A stretch of 64,000 bases of DNA from an uncultured delta proteobacterium. GTDB lineage: Bacteria; Desulfobacterota; Binatia; UBA9968. Made by a program: the position numbers and the translations under genes. Below, one piece after another: positions 1 through 11,277 of the stretch (position 1 is its first letter; each line of letters opens with the position of its first letter). The stretch is from assembly GCA_963847445.1 (NCBI GenBank), contig CAWJZV010000046.1:408749-472748 (forward strand). Reading direction: 5' to 3'. The notes beneath the pieces are model-generated. The model did no database searches. It was not told where the DNA came from and saw nothing but the letters and a program-made list of their open reading frames with translations.

Positions 1-75
1 GTTGATCGAGGCGAGCAAGCGTTACGGGATTCCGGAGGCAAAGTATGTCGAAGTGCTCGAGGCTGAAAGCCGCTG

Positions 76-501
76 GTGGGAACGCTGGCGCGAGAGTTTG
101 ACGACTCTACCGGATCACCTTGCAGGCGGCGATGTGTGAGGTCGCTCAAGGGCGGCCAATTGGTTTATCACGGCCGAGCGGGACAACAGCTGCTACCCGG
201 CATCAGTCATGTCTTACGCGTGCTGATCGTCGCGCCGATGGACTATCGCATCGGTGTCGTTCGTGCCCAGAAGGGCATGGATGAGCAGAATGCCCGGCAG
301 TTTATTCATGAACTCGATCGCGTGCGCGGCCGGCGCTTTCGCGCCTTGTTCAACGACGATTGGCAAGACCCAGTGGGTTACGATCTCGTGCTCAATAGCG
401 GGCGGGTGAGCGCTGAGACTGCGGCATCGATCGTTGTTGCATTGTCCGACGCAGCGAGTTTCAATCGACTGCCGCTTCCAAGGCGGCGTTCGACGATCTG
501 A
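76..501 (+). CDS. cytidylate kinase-like family protein, C-terminal part (gene enters from the left edge; apparent indel near 110-135)
   Basis: The translation LVYHGRAGQQLLPG...VLRVLIVAPMDYRIGVV...ARQFIHELDRVRGRRF...DWQDPVGYDLVLNS follows the C-terminal pattern of cytidylate-kinase-like proteins. Upstream residues continue in another frame from position 2 (LIEASKRYGIPEAKYVEVLE). Confidence 0.5.
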   Translation: MGTLAREFDDSTGSPCRRRCVRSLKGGQLVYHGRAGQQLLPGISHVLRVLIVAPMDYRIGVVRAQKGMDEQNARQFIHELDRVRGRRFRALFNDDWQDPVGYDLVLNSGRVSAETAASIVVALSDAASFNRLPLPRRRSTI

Positions 502-515
502 CCACGACGGCACGT

Positions 516-719
516 GTGCAGGCGGCGCTGATCACGTCGCAAAAAACCCGCAACGTGGTTCTGAACGTGCGCAGCGAGGCCGGTCGTGTCAGTATCTCGG
601 GTATCCTCGCCGATCCGGAATTGGAAAAAGAGGTCGTACGGGTTGCCCAGACCGTGCCCGGCGTCACTGAGGTCGTCACCGACATCGAACCGCCGCCGAT
701 GGAGTATATGCACCCGTGA
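516..719 (+). CDS. BON domain segment, probably the C-terminal domain of the preceding gene separated by an indel near 460-515
   Basis: VQAALITSQKTRNVVLNVRSEAGRVSISGILADPELEKEVVRVAQTVPGVTEVV fits the BON-domain pattern. This frame is open back to 417 and overlaps the end of the 76..501 ORF. Confidence 0.45.
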   Translation: MQAALITSQKTRNVVLNVRSEAGRVSISGILADPELEKEVVRVAQTVPGVTEVVTDIEPPPMEYMHP

Positions 720-785
720 CGGATCAGTGCTTTCGGTAGTGAAAAGTCCATGTTGCCAACGAGGTTTGAGCGAATCTATCGATCG

Positions 786-1284
786 ATGAGTGCTGCCGAC
801 GAAGAATTCATGCGCTTGGCCTTGGCTCAGGCCGTCGCAGCGGCGCGCCAAGACGAGGTACCGGTCGGTGCGGTGATGGTTGGCCAATGGGAAAGTCGTT
901 GGCAGCGGCTTCAATCAACGTGAGTCCCGGCAGAATCCGCTGTGCCACGCCGAGATCGCCGCCATCGACGCGGCGGCCAAACAATTGGGCAGTTGGCGGC
1001 TAAGCGACTGCACGATTTACGTTACACTCGAACCCTGCATCATGTGTGTCGGAGCGATATTACAGGCTCGTGTCGGCAAGCTCGTGTTCGGTTGCCTCGA
1101 TGCCAAGGCCGGTGCGGTTGAATCTCTTTATCGTTTATGTGAGGATCGGCGCCTGAATCACCAACTCCCAGTAGTTGGTGGCGTACTGGCGAACGAAGCC
1201 GGCGCGCTTTTATCGGAGTTTTTTACCCGTCTGCGCGCGCGCAAGCGCGAGTCCAAAATTGGGGAGAGGTGGCCGAGCGGTTGA
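786..1284 (+). CDS. tadA: tRNA adenosine(34) deaminase TadA (one apparent frameshift near 875-882)
   Basis: The deaminase zinc motifs HAEIAAI and PCIMCVGA are present. The N-terminus MSAADEEFMRLALAQAVAAARQDEVPVGAVMV lies in the frame starting at ATG 786 and joins the 880..1284 ORF after a 1-nt shift. Confidence 0.8.
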
Positions 1285-1352
1285 AGGCGCTTGACTCGAA
1301 ATCAAGTGTACGGGGAACCGTACCGGGGGTTCAAATCCCTCCCTCTCCGCCA
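1263..1352 (+). tRNA. tRNA-Ser (anticodon CGA)
   Basis: Acceptor stem GGAGAGG pairs with CCTCTCC. The anticodon loop CTCGAAA gives CGA. There is a long variable arm (GTACGGGGAACCGTAC), a T-arm GGGGTTCAAATCCC and an encoded CCA. Confidence 0.9.
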
Positions 1353-1664
1353 AACCTTTCTTGATCAATATTCAGCGGTTTGACCCTACTCATTGCGTAG
1401 GGTGCCGACGATTTAGAAATTCAGCGTTACTCGCTCAAAAATATGGCAACCCATTTCGCACGGATCAGTTCGATCCCAGAGGGTACAGCTGGCTTAGCCA
1501 AGATAAAGACCGTTGCAAATTAGATTGCTAGGCGAGCGCTATAAATCTCGGTCCTGCTCGTGGTCTACGAAGAAGATAATTGCAGAGGCTTTGACGGAGC
1601 GGCCGCAGTAGCAAACGCGCCAAACTAGATGCCAGCGCGAAGTCAACACCAAAGGAGCAAGTCG

Positions 1665-2726
1665 ATGGGAGCGATTGACGCTGACGCTCATGTGATAGAG
1701 ACGGTACAGACGTGGAGTTATCTGGAAGAAAATGAGCGGCGTTTCACACCGCAACTGATGTCGCAGACATCTGGAGCGGCACTTCTCAGCAATGAAGGCA
1801 TCGTCGTGCGTGACTTCTGGGTGATCGAAGGCCGGGCGCACGGCAAAGACCGCAACGTCGGCACCGACACCCCTCAGGAATCCCGTGAGATGCTCAGCGT
1901 CGAGGCTCGCCTCGCTCATATGGATAAGCTCGGCATCGAGACACAGGTGCTTTATCCGACGCTCTTTCTCCGCCCGATCGTGCAGGAAGCCGAGCGTGAG
2001 CAGGCTCTGTGCAAATCCTATAATCGCTGGATGGCCGACCTTTGGCGACAGGGTAAGGGGCGCTTGCGTTGGGTGGCGAAGCCGCCGCTGCGCCTCCTGG
2101 AAAAAACGCGGGCAGCAGTAAAAGACGAACTCGATCGAGCCAAGGACAACGGCGCCTGCGGTATCTTCATGCGGGGACTCGAATGCGAGCGAGCGCTCGG
2201 CTCGCCTTATTTCTATCCGCTTTGGGAGATGTCCGGCGATCTCGATCTACCGGTCTGCGTCCATTCCGCCAACGGTAGCTTCGTTCATCACGACTTCTTT
2301 GCCGACGATACGACTTTTACCAAATTTAAGCTGGCCGTCGTGGGCGCGTGTCATACGCTTGTCGAAAAGGAGATCCCGAAAAAGTTTCCCAAGGTCCGTT
2401 GGGGTTTCGTTGAGGTAAGCGCGCAGTGGGTGCCTTATGTTCTTAACGATCTGGCCGACCGCTTCCGGCGACAGGGCAGGACCCTCCCGACAGGCGCGCT
2501 CGCCGCCAACAACATGTGGGTGGCCTGCGAGAACACGGATGATCTGTCCTATATCTTGAGTTATACCGGTGAGGATCGCCTGATGATCGGGACCGACTAC
2601 GGTCACCATGATCCATCATCCGAGCTCAATGCCATTAATCTGCTGCGTAACGATAATCGGCTGACATCCGAAGTCGTAAGAAGAATTCTTGAAAGTAATC
2701 CGCGAAACTTTTACGGCCTTGATTGA
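1665..2726 (+). CDS. amidohydrolase family protein (Amidohydro_2 / ACMSD-like)
   Basis: IDADAHVIE near the N-terminus and GTDYGHHD near the C-terminus are typical metal-ligand motifs. ATG 1665 is preceded by AAGGAG at 1652-1657. Confidence 0.75.
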   Translation: MGAIDADAHVIETVQTWSYLEENERRFTPQLMSQTSGAALLSNEGIVVRDFWVIEGRAHGKDRNVGTDTPQESREMLSVEARLAHMDKLGIETQVLYPTLFLRPIVQEAEREQALCKSYNRWMADLWRQGKGRLRWVAKPPLRLLEKTRAAVKDELDRAKDNGACGIFMRGLECERALGSPYFYPLWEMSGDLDLPVCVHSANGSFVHHDFFADDTTFTKFKLAVVGACHTLVEKEIPKKFPKVRWGFVEVSAQWVPYVLNDLADRFRRQGRTLPTGALAANNMWVACENTDDLSYILSYTGEDRLMIGTDYGHHDPSSELNAINLLRNDNRLTSEVVRRILESNPRNFYGLD

Positions 2727-2943
2727 GTTGACTGATTCATATCCAAATACGCCGCCAATTTTGACGTGACCCCAAGCCATCGAAGATGTTCGGCGCTTGA
2801 ACCGGGTTCTGGGAGCAAGACTCAGCGGCCTTATAGCCATTTGCCTCCGACCAACTCGGACCATCAGCGTGCGGCGGGCAATCTTAGGCCTTCAGTACTT
2901 TTTGTCGAAGTCGGTCTAATGGTGACCTTAGATGGATTGGTTT

Positions 2944-2988
2944 GGAGAGGTGGTCGAGCGGTTGCAGGCGCACGACTGGAATCGTGTA
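2944..2988 (+). pseudogene. truncated tRNA-Ser(GGA): 5' half only (acceptor 5' strand, D-arm, anticodon arm), no variable arm or T-arm
   Basis: GGAGAGGTGGTCGAGCGGTTGCAGGCGCACGACTGGAATCGTGTA matches the first ~45 nt of the intact tRNA at 3688 with 3 substitutions and a 1-nt loop deletion. Similarity ends after the anticodon stem. Confidence 0.7.
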
Positions 2989-3060
2989 ACTCGCAACAAT
3001 TTCGCATTTCGTCTTTGCCGCTGAAAATTTTCTGTGGTAGGTGAGGCGCGGAGGCCCCGA

Positions 3061-3498
3061 ATGAATAAATGCCTTCCCGTCCTATGGGCAATAGGGGTGC
3101 TCTGGTTGGTTCTTGTCAGTGTGGGCTGTTATATCCCAGACCCGCACTTGGAAGCCATTCTGCGCGATGCATCCAGTCGAAAGCAAAATGCAGCAAGCCA
3201 AAACGCGCCTACCCCTCGTACCCCTCTTAACCTTCCCACCCATCCCACAGTTGCAGGCACTGCCATGACTTGGACAAACGGACCGCAGACCTGGGCTGGA
3301 AATCCATTCTGCGCGATGTCAGGCAATCTCCCGTCAGCAAATAGCCCTACGGTGGATCGTGGCAGCCTAACCCCAGGGTTTCATTGCCCAAAGCCCGGCT
3401 CGGCTCTCGATCAGCCACGAAAAAGCAACGGCGACTATTGCCAAGAGTGGTATGGGAGTTCACCCGATCTCGGGGCCTGTGAGTATGTGCCACAATGA
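3061..3498 (+). CDS. hypothetical small Cys-rich protein with a lipoprotein-like signal (LVSVGC)
   Basis: This is the only long ORF between the tRNA fragment and the intact tRNA. It has a hydrophobic N-terminus followed by a Cys. I recognise no family. Confidence 0.3.
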   Translation: MNKCLPVLWAIGVLWLVLVSVGCYIPDPHLEAILRDASSRKQNAASQNAPTPRTPLNLPTHPTVAGTAMTWTNGPQTWAGNPFCAMSGNLPSANSPTVDRGSLTPGFHCPKPGSALDQPRKSNGDYCQEWYGSSPDLGACEYVPQ

Positions 3499-3687
3499 GC
3501 GCTTCTTTCATCTCATGGTTTAAAATCCCGTGTCTCGCATTCTGTCTTTGCTACCGCGAAAGCTTGTGTTAACTTCTGAAAACAACAGCTCAGCAAAACG
3601 ACCCAAAAAAAGCTCCGTGGAGACATTTTGCAGACATTGACAGTCGAACCAGCGGAGCAGGGGCGTAAGTTCGCAATATGCCAATAG

Positions 3688-3779
<92 letters not shown>

Positions 3780-3923
3780 GGTTCCTGAATCTGGCGGGCT
3801 CATCGGCCGCTTTCGATTAAGTCGGCCGCGGCAAGCAGGAAATCTTGAAACCGCCCAGTGATCAAGGTACTGTTTTTCAAGAAGCATCGGATTAGGCGAT
3901 ATTTCGTTGCGTGCGGATGTCGA

Positions 3924-4034
<111 letters not shown>

Positions 4035-4141
4035 TGGGCATCCTCATCTCGTGGCTCTCTAATTGTATAATCGCCGATCGCCGCTCTTGTGCAGTTCGCT
4101 GAGAGTCGGCGGCTTTTAGTTTGAGATTACCCAAGGAATTT

Positions 4142-5828
4142 ATGTCTTACCTGGTTTTGGCGCGGAAATGGCGGCCGCAAAATTTCGAGGATGTCGCCGG
4201 CCAAGAACCGATCACCCGCACACTCAAGAATGCCATCAAGGCCAACCGCATCGCTCATGCCTACCTGTTCACCGGCGTGCGCGGTGTCGGTAAAACCACC
4301 GCGGCGCGGATCCTTGCCAAAGCGTTAAATTGTCGAGAAGGGGCCCACCGCGACGCCGTGCAACCAATGCAGCCATTGTGAAGAGATCACCAGCGGCAGC
4401 TCGATAGACGTGCTTGAGATCGACGGCGCGTCGAACCGTGGCATCGACGAGATCCGCCAAATCATCGAAAACGTCCGCTACCAGCCGGCCAAGTGCCGTT
4501 TCAAGATCTATATCATCGACGAAGTGCATCAGGTTACCAAGGATGCTTTCAACGCCTTGCTGAAAACCTTGGAAGAGCCGCCGCCGTCGGTCAAGTTTAT
4601 CCTTGCGACCACTGAGCCGCAGCGTCTGCCCGAAACGATTTTGTCGCGTTGCCAGCGCTACGATTTTCGCCGCATCAGCCTGCGCGAGATCGTCGAGCGG
4701 TTGGCCGCCATCGGTAAAAGCGAAGGTCTGCGCATCACCGACGAAGCGCTGGTGTTGCTGGCACGGGAAGCGGACGGCAGCATGCGCGACGCCCAGTCGC
4801 TGTTGGAACAGGTGCTCGCCTGCGCCATGCCGGCGGCTGGCGACGAGCAGCAGACGACGGTGGACGCTACCTTGTTGCAAGAAATTCTTGGCTTGGCCGA
4901 GCGTAAGTGTCTCTACGACTTGTCCCAGGCGGTGCTCGACGGCGACCCGCGCCGGTGCGTCGAACTGATCGCCGAGGTGATGAATCAGGGGCGGGATTTG
5001 AGCCGGTTGTGCCGCGATCTGGTGGAGCATTTTAGGAATTTGCTAGTCGCTCGCTTGTCCGCCAGCCCGGTGGGCGCAGCGCGCGTCGGTGGCGCCGACA
5101 TGGCGCAACTACTCGATCTCCCTGACCAGGAGATTGCCGATTTAATCCGCCAGAGCAGTCCGGTGTCGGTTGAGTCGCTGCTCGATTACCTCGATTTTAT
5201 CGCTGCCGGCGATGACGAGGTGGCGCGCTCGACGACGCCACGCTTCGCCCTCGAAGCGGTGCTGATCCGCATGGCGAGTCTGCCGCAGTCGTTGCCGGTC
5301 ACGGAAATTCTCACCCGGCTCGAAGGTTTAGAGGGGCGGGTATCTGGCGAAGTACGGTCCCAAGTTGCGACGCAGCGACCCAAGTCTGTCACGATAGCCG
5401 CGCCGGTAACGAAGCCAGGTGTCACGGCGGCGCTGGAAACCGTCCCACCGGCGGGTGACGATGCTTCGATATGGCGCGAGTTTGTGACCTTTGTCGGCAA
5501 GGAGAAAAAGTTTTTAGCGTCGCAATTGGCCGCCAGTGCGGCGCTCTCGTTGCCGCCGGCGCCGCTTAAAATCAGTGTCGCCGAGCGGCATCAATTGGGC
5601 TTTCTCAATGACGCCGATAATCTTGCGGCGCTGCGGGAGTTGGCCAAGAGGTTTTTCGGTGTCGATGTCACGATTCAGTTGGTCGCTGCGGCTGTCGACG
5701 CCGCGCCACTGGCCGGTTCGGACACCGCCCGCACCGAGGGAGCGGTGGAGGACCGTAGCGAAATGGTCAAGGAAGCGTTGCGCATTTTTGGCGGTTCAGT
5801 GCGTTCGGTGCGGCGAGAAAATCCCTAA
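4142..5828 (+). CDS. dnaX: DNA polymerase III subunit gamma/tau (one apparent frameshift at G-run 4340-4343)
   Basis: N-terminus [22 protein letters not shown] and Walker [10 protein letters not shown] are present. After the shift the sequence reads [39 protein letters not shown] and continues into ORF 4410..5828. Confidence 0.9.
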
Positions 5829-5873
5829 GCCGATCAGCCAGCGCGGCTCAGAGCTGAAGGTAGGAGGCAAAAC

Positions 5874-6197
5874 ATGGCGAGCATTCCGGGAATGGGTAAT
5901 CTGCTCAAGCAAGCGCAGGATATGCAGGCGCGCATGGCCAAGGTTCAGGAGGATCTGGCGCATAAGACCGTCGACGGTTCCGCCGGCGGCGGCATGGTTC
6001 AGGTGACGGTGAACGGCCAGTTCAACCTGACCGCTGTAAAGATCGAACCGTCGGTGATCAGCGTTGAAGAAAAGAGCATGCTCGAAGATCTAGTTCTCGC
6101 CGCCGTCAATGACGGCATGCGTAAAGCTCGCGAGATGGCATCGGCGGAGATGGCCAAGCTCACCGGCGGTTTTAAGATTCCCGGGCTGATGCCGTAG
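5874..6197 (+). CDS. ybaB: YbaB/EbfC family nucleoid-associated protein
   Basis: NLLKQAQDMQARMAKVQEDL...VTVNGQFNLTAVKIEPSVI is the typical YbaB pattern, in the conserved position between dnaX and recR. Confidence 0.9.
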   Translation: MASIPGMGNLLKQAQDMQARMAKVQEDLAHKTVDGSAGGGMVQVTVNGQFNLTAVKIEPSVISVEEKSMLEDLVLAAVNDGMRKAREMASAEMAKLTGGFKIPGLMP

Positions 6198-6286
6198 TTT
6201 TTTCAGAGACTTGTGCCCAAGACAGATAAGTCAACAGCGAGCATGAAAATATTGAACATCGCTGCCTCGCCAAGCGAGGCCCGCTC

Positions 6287-6907
6287 ATGAGCATGTATCC
6301 CGCGCCTTTGGCCCGCTTGATTCAAGAACTCTCCAAGTTGCCGGGTGTCGGTGAAAAATCTGCGGCGCGTTTAGCGTTTCACATGTTGAAGGGCAAACGG
6401 GACGACGTCTTTCGTCTCGCCGACAGCATCGGCCGGTTGCGTCAGGAAATGGGGCTGTGCGACCGCTGTTTCGGCTTCAGCGAAGTCCATGCGCACAATG
6501 AAGATGGCACGCAGTGCGACGTTTGCCGTAACTCGGATCGCGAGGACGACAAAATTTGCGTGGTCGAAGAGCCGGCGGACATGATCGCGGTGGAAAAGTC
6601 TCAAGAGTACCGCGGCCAGTATCATGTGCTGCATGGCACGATCTCGCCGCTCGATGGCGTCGGCCCGGACGCCCTGCGCATCAAAGAATTGCTCGAGCGG
6701 CTGCGCGACAATGTCGTTAAGGAAGTCATCGTCGCCACTAACCCGACCATGGATGGCGAAGCGACGGCGCTTTATCTGTCGAAGTTGATCAAGCCCCTCG
6801 GCGTTTCCGTCACCCGCATCGCCCGCGGTTTGCCGATGGGCGGTGATCTCGAATACACCGACGCCGTCACCTTGGGCAAAGCCTTGGAAGGGCGTCGGGA
6901 GATTTAG
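6287..6907 (+). CDS. recR: recombination protein RecR
   Basis: LIQELSKLPGVGEKSAARLAFH (HhH), a Cys4 zinc finger (CDRC...CDVC) and a Toprim segment ICVVEEPADMIAVE are present. Confidence 0.9.
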   Translation: MSMYPAPLARLIQELSKLPGVGEKSAARLAFHMLKGKRDDVFRLADSIGRLRQEMGLCDRCFGFSEVHAHNEDGTQCDVCRNSDREDDKICVVEEPADMIAVEKSQEYRGQYHVLHGTISPLDGVGPDALRIKELLERLRDNVVKEVIVATNPTMDGEATALYLSKLIKPLGVSVTRIARGLPMGGDLEYTDAVTLGKALEGRREI

Positions 6908-7101
6908 CGCGTTCTTTGCAACAGCGAGCCTACCGTTCCCCAGTTTCCCCTCGATAAATACCGATTGAAGTTGCCGCGAGATCTAGACGCGATCTCCTCG
7001 ATGTGTCGTAGCTCATGAACGATGCCGGCGTGGCTCCGCCGGGCTTGAAGCCCATCCAGAAGCCGATGAAATTAATGTCATGAGGCAACGGGAATTGCGG
7101 C

Positions 7102-7142
7102 TTGACAAAAAACCGCGAAGTCCGCTAGAACTGGTCAGACCA
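7102..7142 (+). promoter_or_regulatory. putative sigma70 promoter (TTGACA at 7102-7107) with a perfect palindrome TGGTCAGACCA (7132-7142), a candidate GntR/FadR operator
   Basis: The TTGACA hexamer is followed 17-18 nt later by CTAGAAC. The palindrome TGGTC-A-GACCA lies 20 nt upstream of the regulator ATG and resembles the GT...AC core of GntR-family operators. Confidence 0.45.
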
Positions 7143-7161
7143 CCAGACCGCTGGACACTCT

Positions 7162-7902
7162 ATGCTACGCGCGATCAAGAAGACTAGGATTCATGAGGAA
7201 GTATTTAGCCAGATTCATGAGCTGATCAAGGAAGGCAGATTCAAAGCGCGCGATCAGCTGCCGTCGGAGCGCGAGCTGGCCGAGATTTTTAAAGTGAGTC
7301 GAACCTCTGTGCGGGAGGCGCTTCGGGCGTTGGAGAGCCAAGGACTGATCGTCAGCCGAACCGGCATGGGAAATTTTATCGTGGATCTGCCGGTGGAAGC
7401 ACTGGTCGGGCCGCTGGCGTACTTGCTGATTGACGAAAAGAAGGCGCTGGCGGACGTGTTTGAAATGCGCAAGCTGATCGAGCCGCAGATTGCCGCGTTG
7501 GCCGCGGAACGAGCCACAAGGAAAGATGTGGCGCAGTTGAAAAGGATTGTTGCGAAGCAGACCGAGGCGGTAAGCAGCGGCACGACGGGAGTCGAAGCGG
7601 ATGCGGAGTTTCATTTTACGATTGGGCGAGCCACGCGGAACCAGGCGCTGCAAAAACTGGTTTCCGGTTTGATGGAGCTTTTAAGTCGAAGCCGTGAGGA
7701 TTCGCTGCAAACCGATGTGCGTAGGAAGGCCTCCGTCGACGCTCATCGCCGGATTATCGGCGCGATCGAAATGCACGACAAAACTCGCGCGCGGGGCGAA
7801 ATGCTGCGCCACATCGAGGAGGTCGAAAAAAGTGTCGGTGGAATACACCGCGGGTTTGGAGGCAACAAGAAACGGTTCCATCCTCCCGGAAGAGCCGCGT
7901 GA
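7162..7902 (+). CDS. GntR/FadR family transcriptional regulator (wHTH plus FCD domain)
   Basis: LPSERELAEIFKVSRTSVREALRALESQGLI is the GntR wHTH signature. The C-terminal helical domain has the FCD-like pattern (EFHFTIGRATRN). Confidence 0.85.
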   Translation: MLRAIKKTRIHEEVFSQIHELIKEGRFKARDQLPSERELAEIFKVSRTSVREALRALESQGLIVSRTGMGNFIVDLPVEALVGPLAYLLIDEKKALADVFEMRKLIEPQIAALAAERATRKDVAQLKRIVAKQTEAVSSGTTGVEADAEFHFTIGRATRNQALQKLVSGLMELLSRSREDSLQTDVRRKASVDAHRRIIGAIEMHDKTRARGEMLRHIEEVEKSVGGIHRGFGGNKKRFHPPGRAA

Positions 7903-8068
7903 TAGGGCAATCCGCCTGAGAAAAATTATCCGGCGCGTAATCGACCGCTAGCCATTGGCCGGCGTGGCGCTGACTGGGTCAAATTTCGTCAAGCTATATT
8001 GCAGTGCGACAATGCGGAACTCAAGGCGCCGATTCGCTCGACTGAACTAATTCAAGAAAGAGGAAACC

Positions 8069-9785
8069 ATGGCGACGATAACAAATAGCGACAAAAAGGA
8101 AGCGACTGGGCCGGTGATCTCAGGCGGTCACTTGGTCGCCAAAGCGCTCAAGAACGAGGGCGTCGACGTGATCTGGACGCTGTGTGGCGGCCATATCATC
8201 GACATTTACGATGGCTGTCTCGACGAGGGTATTAAAATCATCGACGTGCGCCATGAGCAGGTCGCGGCCCATGCGGCGGACGGTTATTCGCGCCAGAGCG
8301 GCAAGATCGGCTGCGTGGTGACGACGGCGGGGCCGGGCACGACCAACGCCATGACCGGCATCGCCAATGCGTTTCGCGCCGAGAGTCCGCTGGTGATGAT
8401 CGGCGGCCAGGGCGCGCTGTCGCAGCACAAGATGGGTTCGCTGCAAGATTTGCCCCACGTTGACATCATGGCGCCGATCACCAAATTCGCCGCCAGCGTG
8501 CCGCACACCGAACGGGTCGCCGACATGGTGTCGATGGCGTTTCGCGAAGCGGTGAACGGCGCGCCGGGACCGAGCTATCTGGAAATTCCCCGCGACGTGC
8601 TCGACGCCAAGGTGCCGCTGGAGCGCGCGCGCATTCCGAAAGCCGGCGCTTATCGCGCGTCGACAAAATCGGTCGGCGATCCCGCCGACATCGAAAAGCT
8701 CGCCGACATTCTGGTCAACTCGGAAAGACCTTGCGCTTTGTTTGGCACGCAAGTGTGGACCTCGCGCGGCCACGACGACGCGGTATCACTCTGCCGCGCG
8801 CTCAACATGCCCGGTTACATGAACGGTTCGAGCCGCGGCATCTTCGCGCCGGGCGATCCGCATGGATTTAACCGCACGCGCCGCGCGGCTTTCGACAAAG
8901 CCGACGTGATTCTCATCGTCGGCTGTCCGTTCGATTTCCGTTTGGGTTATGGCCGGCGGCTGCGCGCCGATGCGACCGTGGTGCAGATCGATCTTGACTA
9001 CCGCAACGTCGGCAAGAACCGCGACATCTCGCTTGGACTCGTCGGCGATTGCGGCGCGATTCTCAAAGCGGTCGAGCAAGCGGCGAGCGGCCGCGTGTCC
9101 AAAGGTAACAGCCAGCGCGCCGAGTGGATGAAAGAACTGCGCGCCGGTGAAACCAAGGCCTACGAAAAACTTGCTGCCATCGTTCAAATCGGAATCGATG
9201 CCGATCAACCCTTATCGCGTCGCTTACGAGATCAATGAATTCCTGACCGACAACACGGTCTATATCGGCGACGGCGGCGACGTGGTGACGATTACCGCGA
9301 CCGCTGTCGAGCCGCGCAAGGCCGGTAATTGGATGGACCCGGGGCCGCTCGGCACTTTGGGCGTCGGCACTTCGTTCTCGATGGCGACCAAGTTCGTCCA
9401 TCCGCAAAAAGAAGTGCTGTGCTACTACGGCGACGGTTCCTTCGGCATGACCGCTTGGGACATGGAAACCGCGCAGCGCTTCAAGCTGCCCTACATGGCG
9501 GTGATCGGCAACAACTCGGCGATGAACCAAATCCGCTGCGGCCAGATCGGCAAATACGGACCGGAGCGCGGCGGTGTCGGCAACAAGCTGGGCGATGTCG
9601 ATTTCGAAAAGTTCGCCGAATGCTTCGGCGGCTGGGGCATCGCCGTGCGCGAGCCGAGCCAGATCCGTCCGGCGCTGGAAAAAGCCCGCGAGCGCGTCGC
9701 CGGCGGCCAATGCGCCATCGTCAATATCTGGGTCGACATCAATGAATACGCGCCCGGCACCAAGGCGCAGACGATGTATAAGTAA
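8069..9785 (+). CDS. oxc: thiamine-diphosphate enzyme, probable oxalyl-CoA decarboxylase (one apparent frameshift near 9165)
   Basis: N-terminal TPP-pyrimidine domain (VRHEQVAAHAADGYSR, TTAGPGTTN) and C-terminal TPP motif YYGDGSFGM...IGNNSAMN. Combined length is about 572 aa. It lies immediately upstream of frc. Confidence 0.7.
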
Positions 9786-9804
9786 GCAACAGTGAATTAG
9801 ATAA

Positions 9805-9895
9805 TGGAGAATGGAAAATTGATAATGCTCGGAGACGATCCGAATCTTCGGATCTTCTATTCTCCGACCTTCGTGGGCTTCGTGCCTTCGTGGTG
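9805..9895. repeat. intergenic palindrome (GGAGAATGGAAAAT ... ATCTTCTATTCTCC) followed by a CTTCGTG x3 arm ending in GGTGA
   Basis: Inverted repeats are read directly. The 3' arm (9866-9895) is the reverse complement of the arm at 62712-62740, apart from 3 nt. Confidence 0.7.
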
Positions 9896-9928
9896 AGAGT
9901 GAATTTTCTTAAGGAGACAACATGATCG

Positions 9929-11173
9929 ATGGCAAAAGCGCTCGATGGAATTCGAATATTGGATATGACCCATGTGCAGTCGGGGCCGACTTGCACGCAG
10001 ATACTCGCTTGGTTCGGCGCCGACGTGATCAAGGTCGAGCTGCCGGGGCGCGGCGACATCACCCGCGGCCAGCTGCGCGACAAGCCCAATGTCGACAGCC
10101 TTTATTTCACCATGCTCAACAGCAACAAGCGCAGCATCACGATCAACACCAAGCATGAAAAAGGCAAGGAAGTGTTTCGCAAGCTGATCAAGGCCTGCGA
10201 CGTGATGGTCGAGAACTTCGCGCCCGGCGCGCTCGATCGCCAAGGTTTTACCTGGGAAGTGATTCACGAGCTCAACCCGCGCCTGATCTACGCTTCGGTC
10301 AAAGGTTTCGGCCCCGGCCCCTACGAAGATTGCAAAGTCTACGAAAACATCGCCCAGTGCACCGGCGGCTCGGCGAGCACCACGGGATTCGACGACGGCC
10401 CGCCGCTGGTCACCGGCTGCGCAGATCGGCGATTCGGGCACCGGCATTCATCTCGTCGCGGGAATTCTCGCGGCGCTGTTTCAGCGCGAGAAGAAGCGGC
10501 CAAGGCCAGCGCGTCACCTGCGCCATGCAAGACACCGTGCTCAATCTTTGCCGCGTCAAATTGCGCGATCAGCAGCGCTTGGCCGCTGGACCGCTGACGG
10601 AATATCCGCAGTATCCCAACGGCGTCTTCGGCGACGCCGTGCCGCGCGCGGGCAACGCTTCGGGCGGCGGGCAGCCGGGTTGGGCGGTGAAGACCAAGGG
10701 CGGCGGGCCCGAACGATTATATTTACGTGATCATTCAGCCGCCGGGCTGGGAGCCGTTGATGAAGCTGTGCGGCCGCCCTGAATTGATCACCGATCCCGA
10801 GTGGGCGACGCCGGAAAAACGTTTGCCCAAGCTCGACAAGTGCTTCGACATCGTCGAACAGTGGGCGATGACGTTCGACAAGTTGGCAGTCATGCGCGAG
10901 CTCAACAAGTTCGACATTCCCTGCGGGCCGATCTTGGACATGCGCGAGATCGCCGAAGAACAGTCGCTGCGCGAAACCGGCACGGTGGTCGAAGTCGATC
11001 ATCCCAAGCGCGGCAAGTTTTTGACCGTCGGCAATCCGATCAAGCTTTCCGATTCGCCGACGGATGTGACACCGTCGCCGCTGTTGGGCGAGCATACCGA
11101 TGAGATTCTCAAATCCATCGTCGGCTGGAGCGACGCGGAGATCGCCGCGGCGCGCAAAGATGGCGCGGTCTGA
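9929..11173 (+). CDS. frc: formyl-CoA:oxalate CoA-transferase (three apparent frameshifts near 10415, 10495 and 10715)
   Basis: [96 protein letters not shown] and [11 protein letters not shown] closely track Oxalobacter Frc as I recall it. The pieces lie in three frames. Confidence 0.85.
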
Positions 11174-11277
11174 CGAGCAAGAGGTTAACCACAGGGTGAC
11201 GCAGAGATTACGTAGGGGGATTCGGGTCGGCAATTTAGTCGGCAGAGAACGCAAAGTGCGCAAAGAAATTGAGAATT

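Noticed and set aside
1263-1284. Overlap of the tadA 3' end with tRNA-Ser(CGA) as a functional coupling
   Set aside because: TadA acts on tRNA-Arg(ACG), not tRNA-Ser. The 22-nt overlap depends on an ORF end in an indel-prone sequence and may simply be read-through to the next stop.
4337-4346. The dnaX frame break as a programmed ribosomal frameshift (gamma/tau type)
   Set aside because: The break lies in the N-terminal ATPase region, between the Walker A motif and the zinc module. A truncated product there would be useless. No A-AAA-AAG-type slippery heptamer or downstream hairpin is present, and the window is full of similar 1-nt breaks.
4269-5030. Long antisense or out-of-frame ORFs inside GC-rich genes (also 10556-11263, 14095-14973, 15242-15928, 31095-32171, 36637-37710, 49568-50329, 56948-57793, 61634-62683, 62880-63647)
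   Set aside because: These are typical shadow ORFs of high-GC coding DNA: Arg/Ala/Gly/His-rich translations opposite well-supported genes.
6908-7125. A ~52-codon minus-strand ORF (..LPHDINFIGFWMGFKPGGATPASFMSYD..) between recR and the GntR gene
   Set aside because: It looks mildly protein-like but has no ATG start and no recognisable family. It is too short to support.
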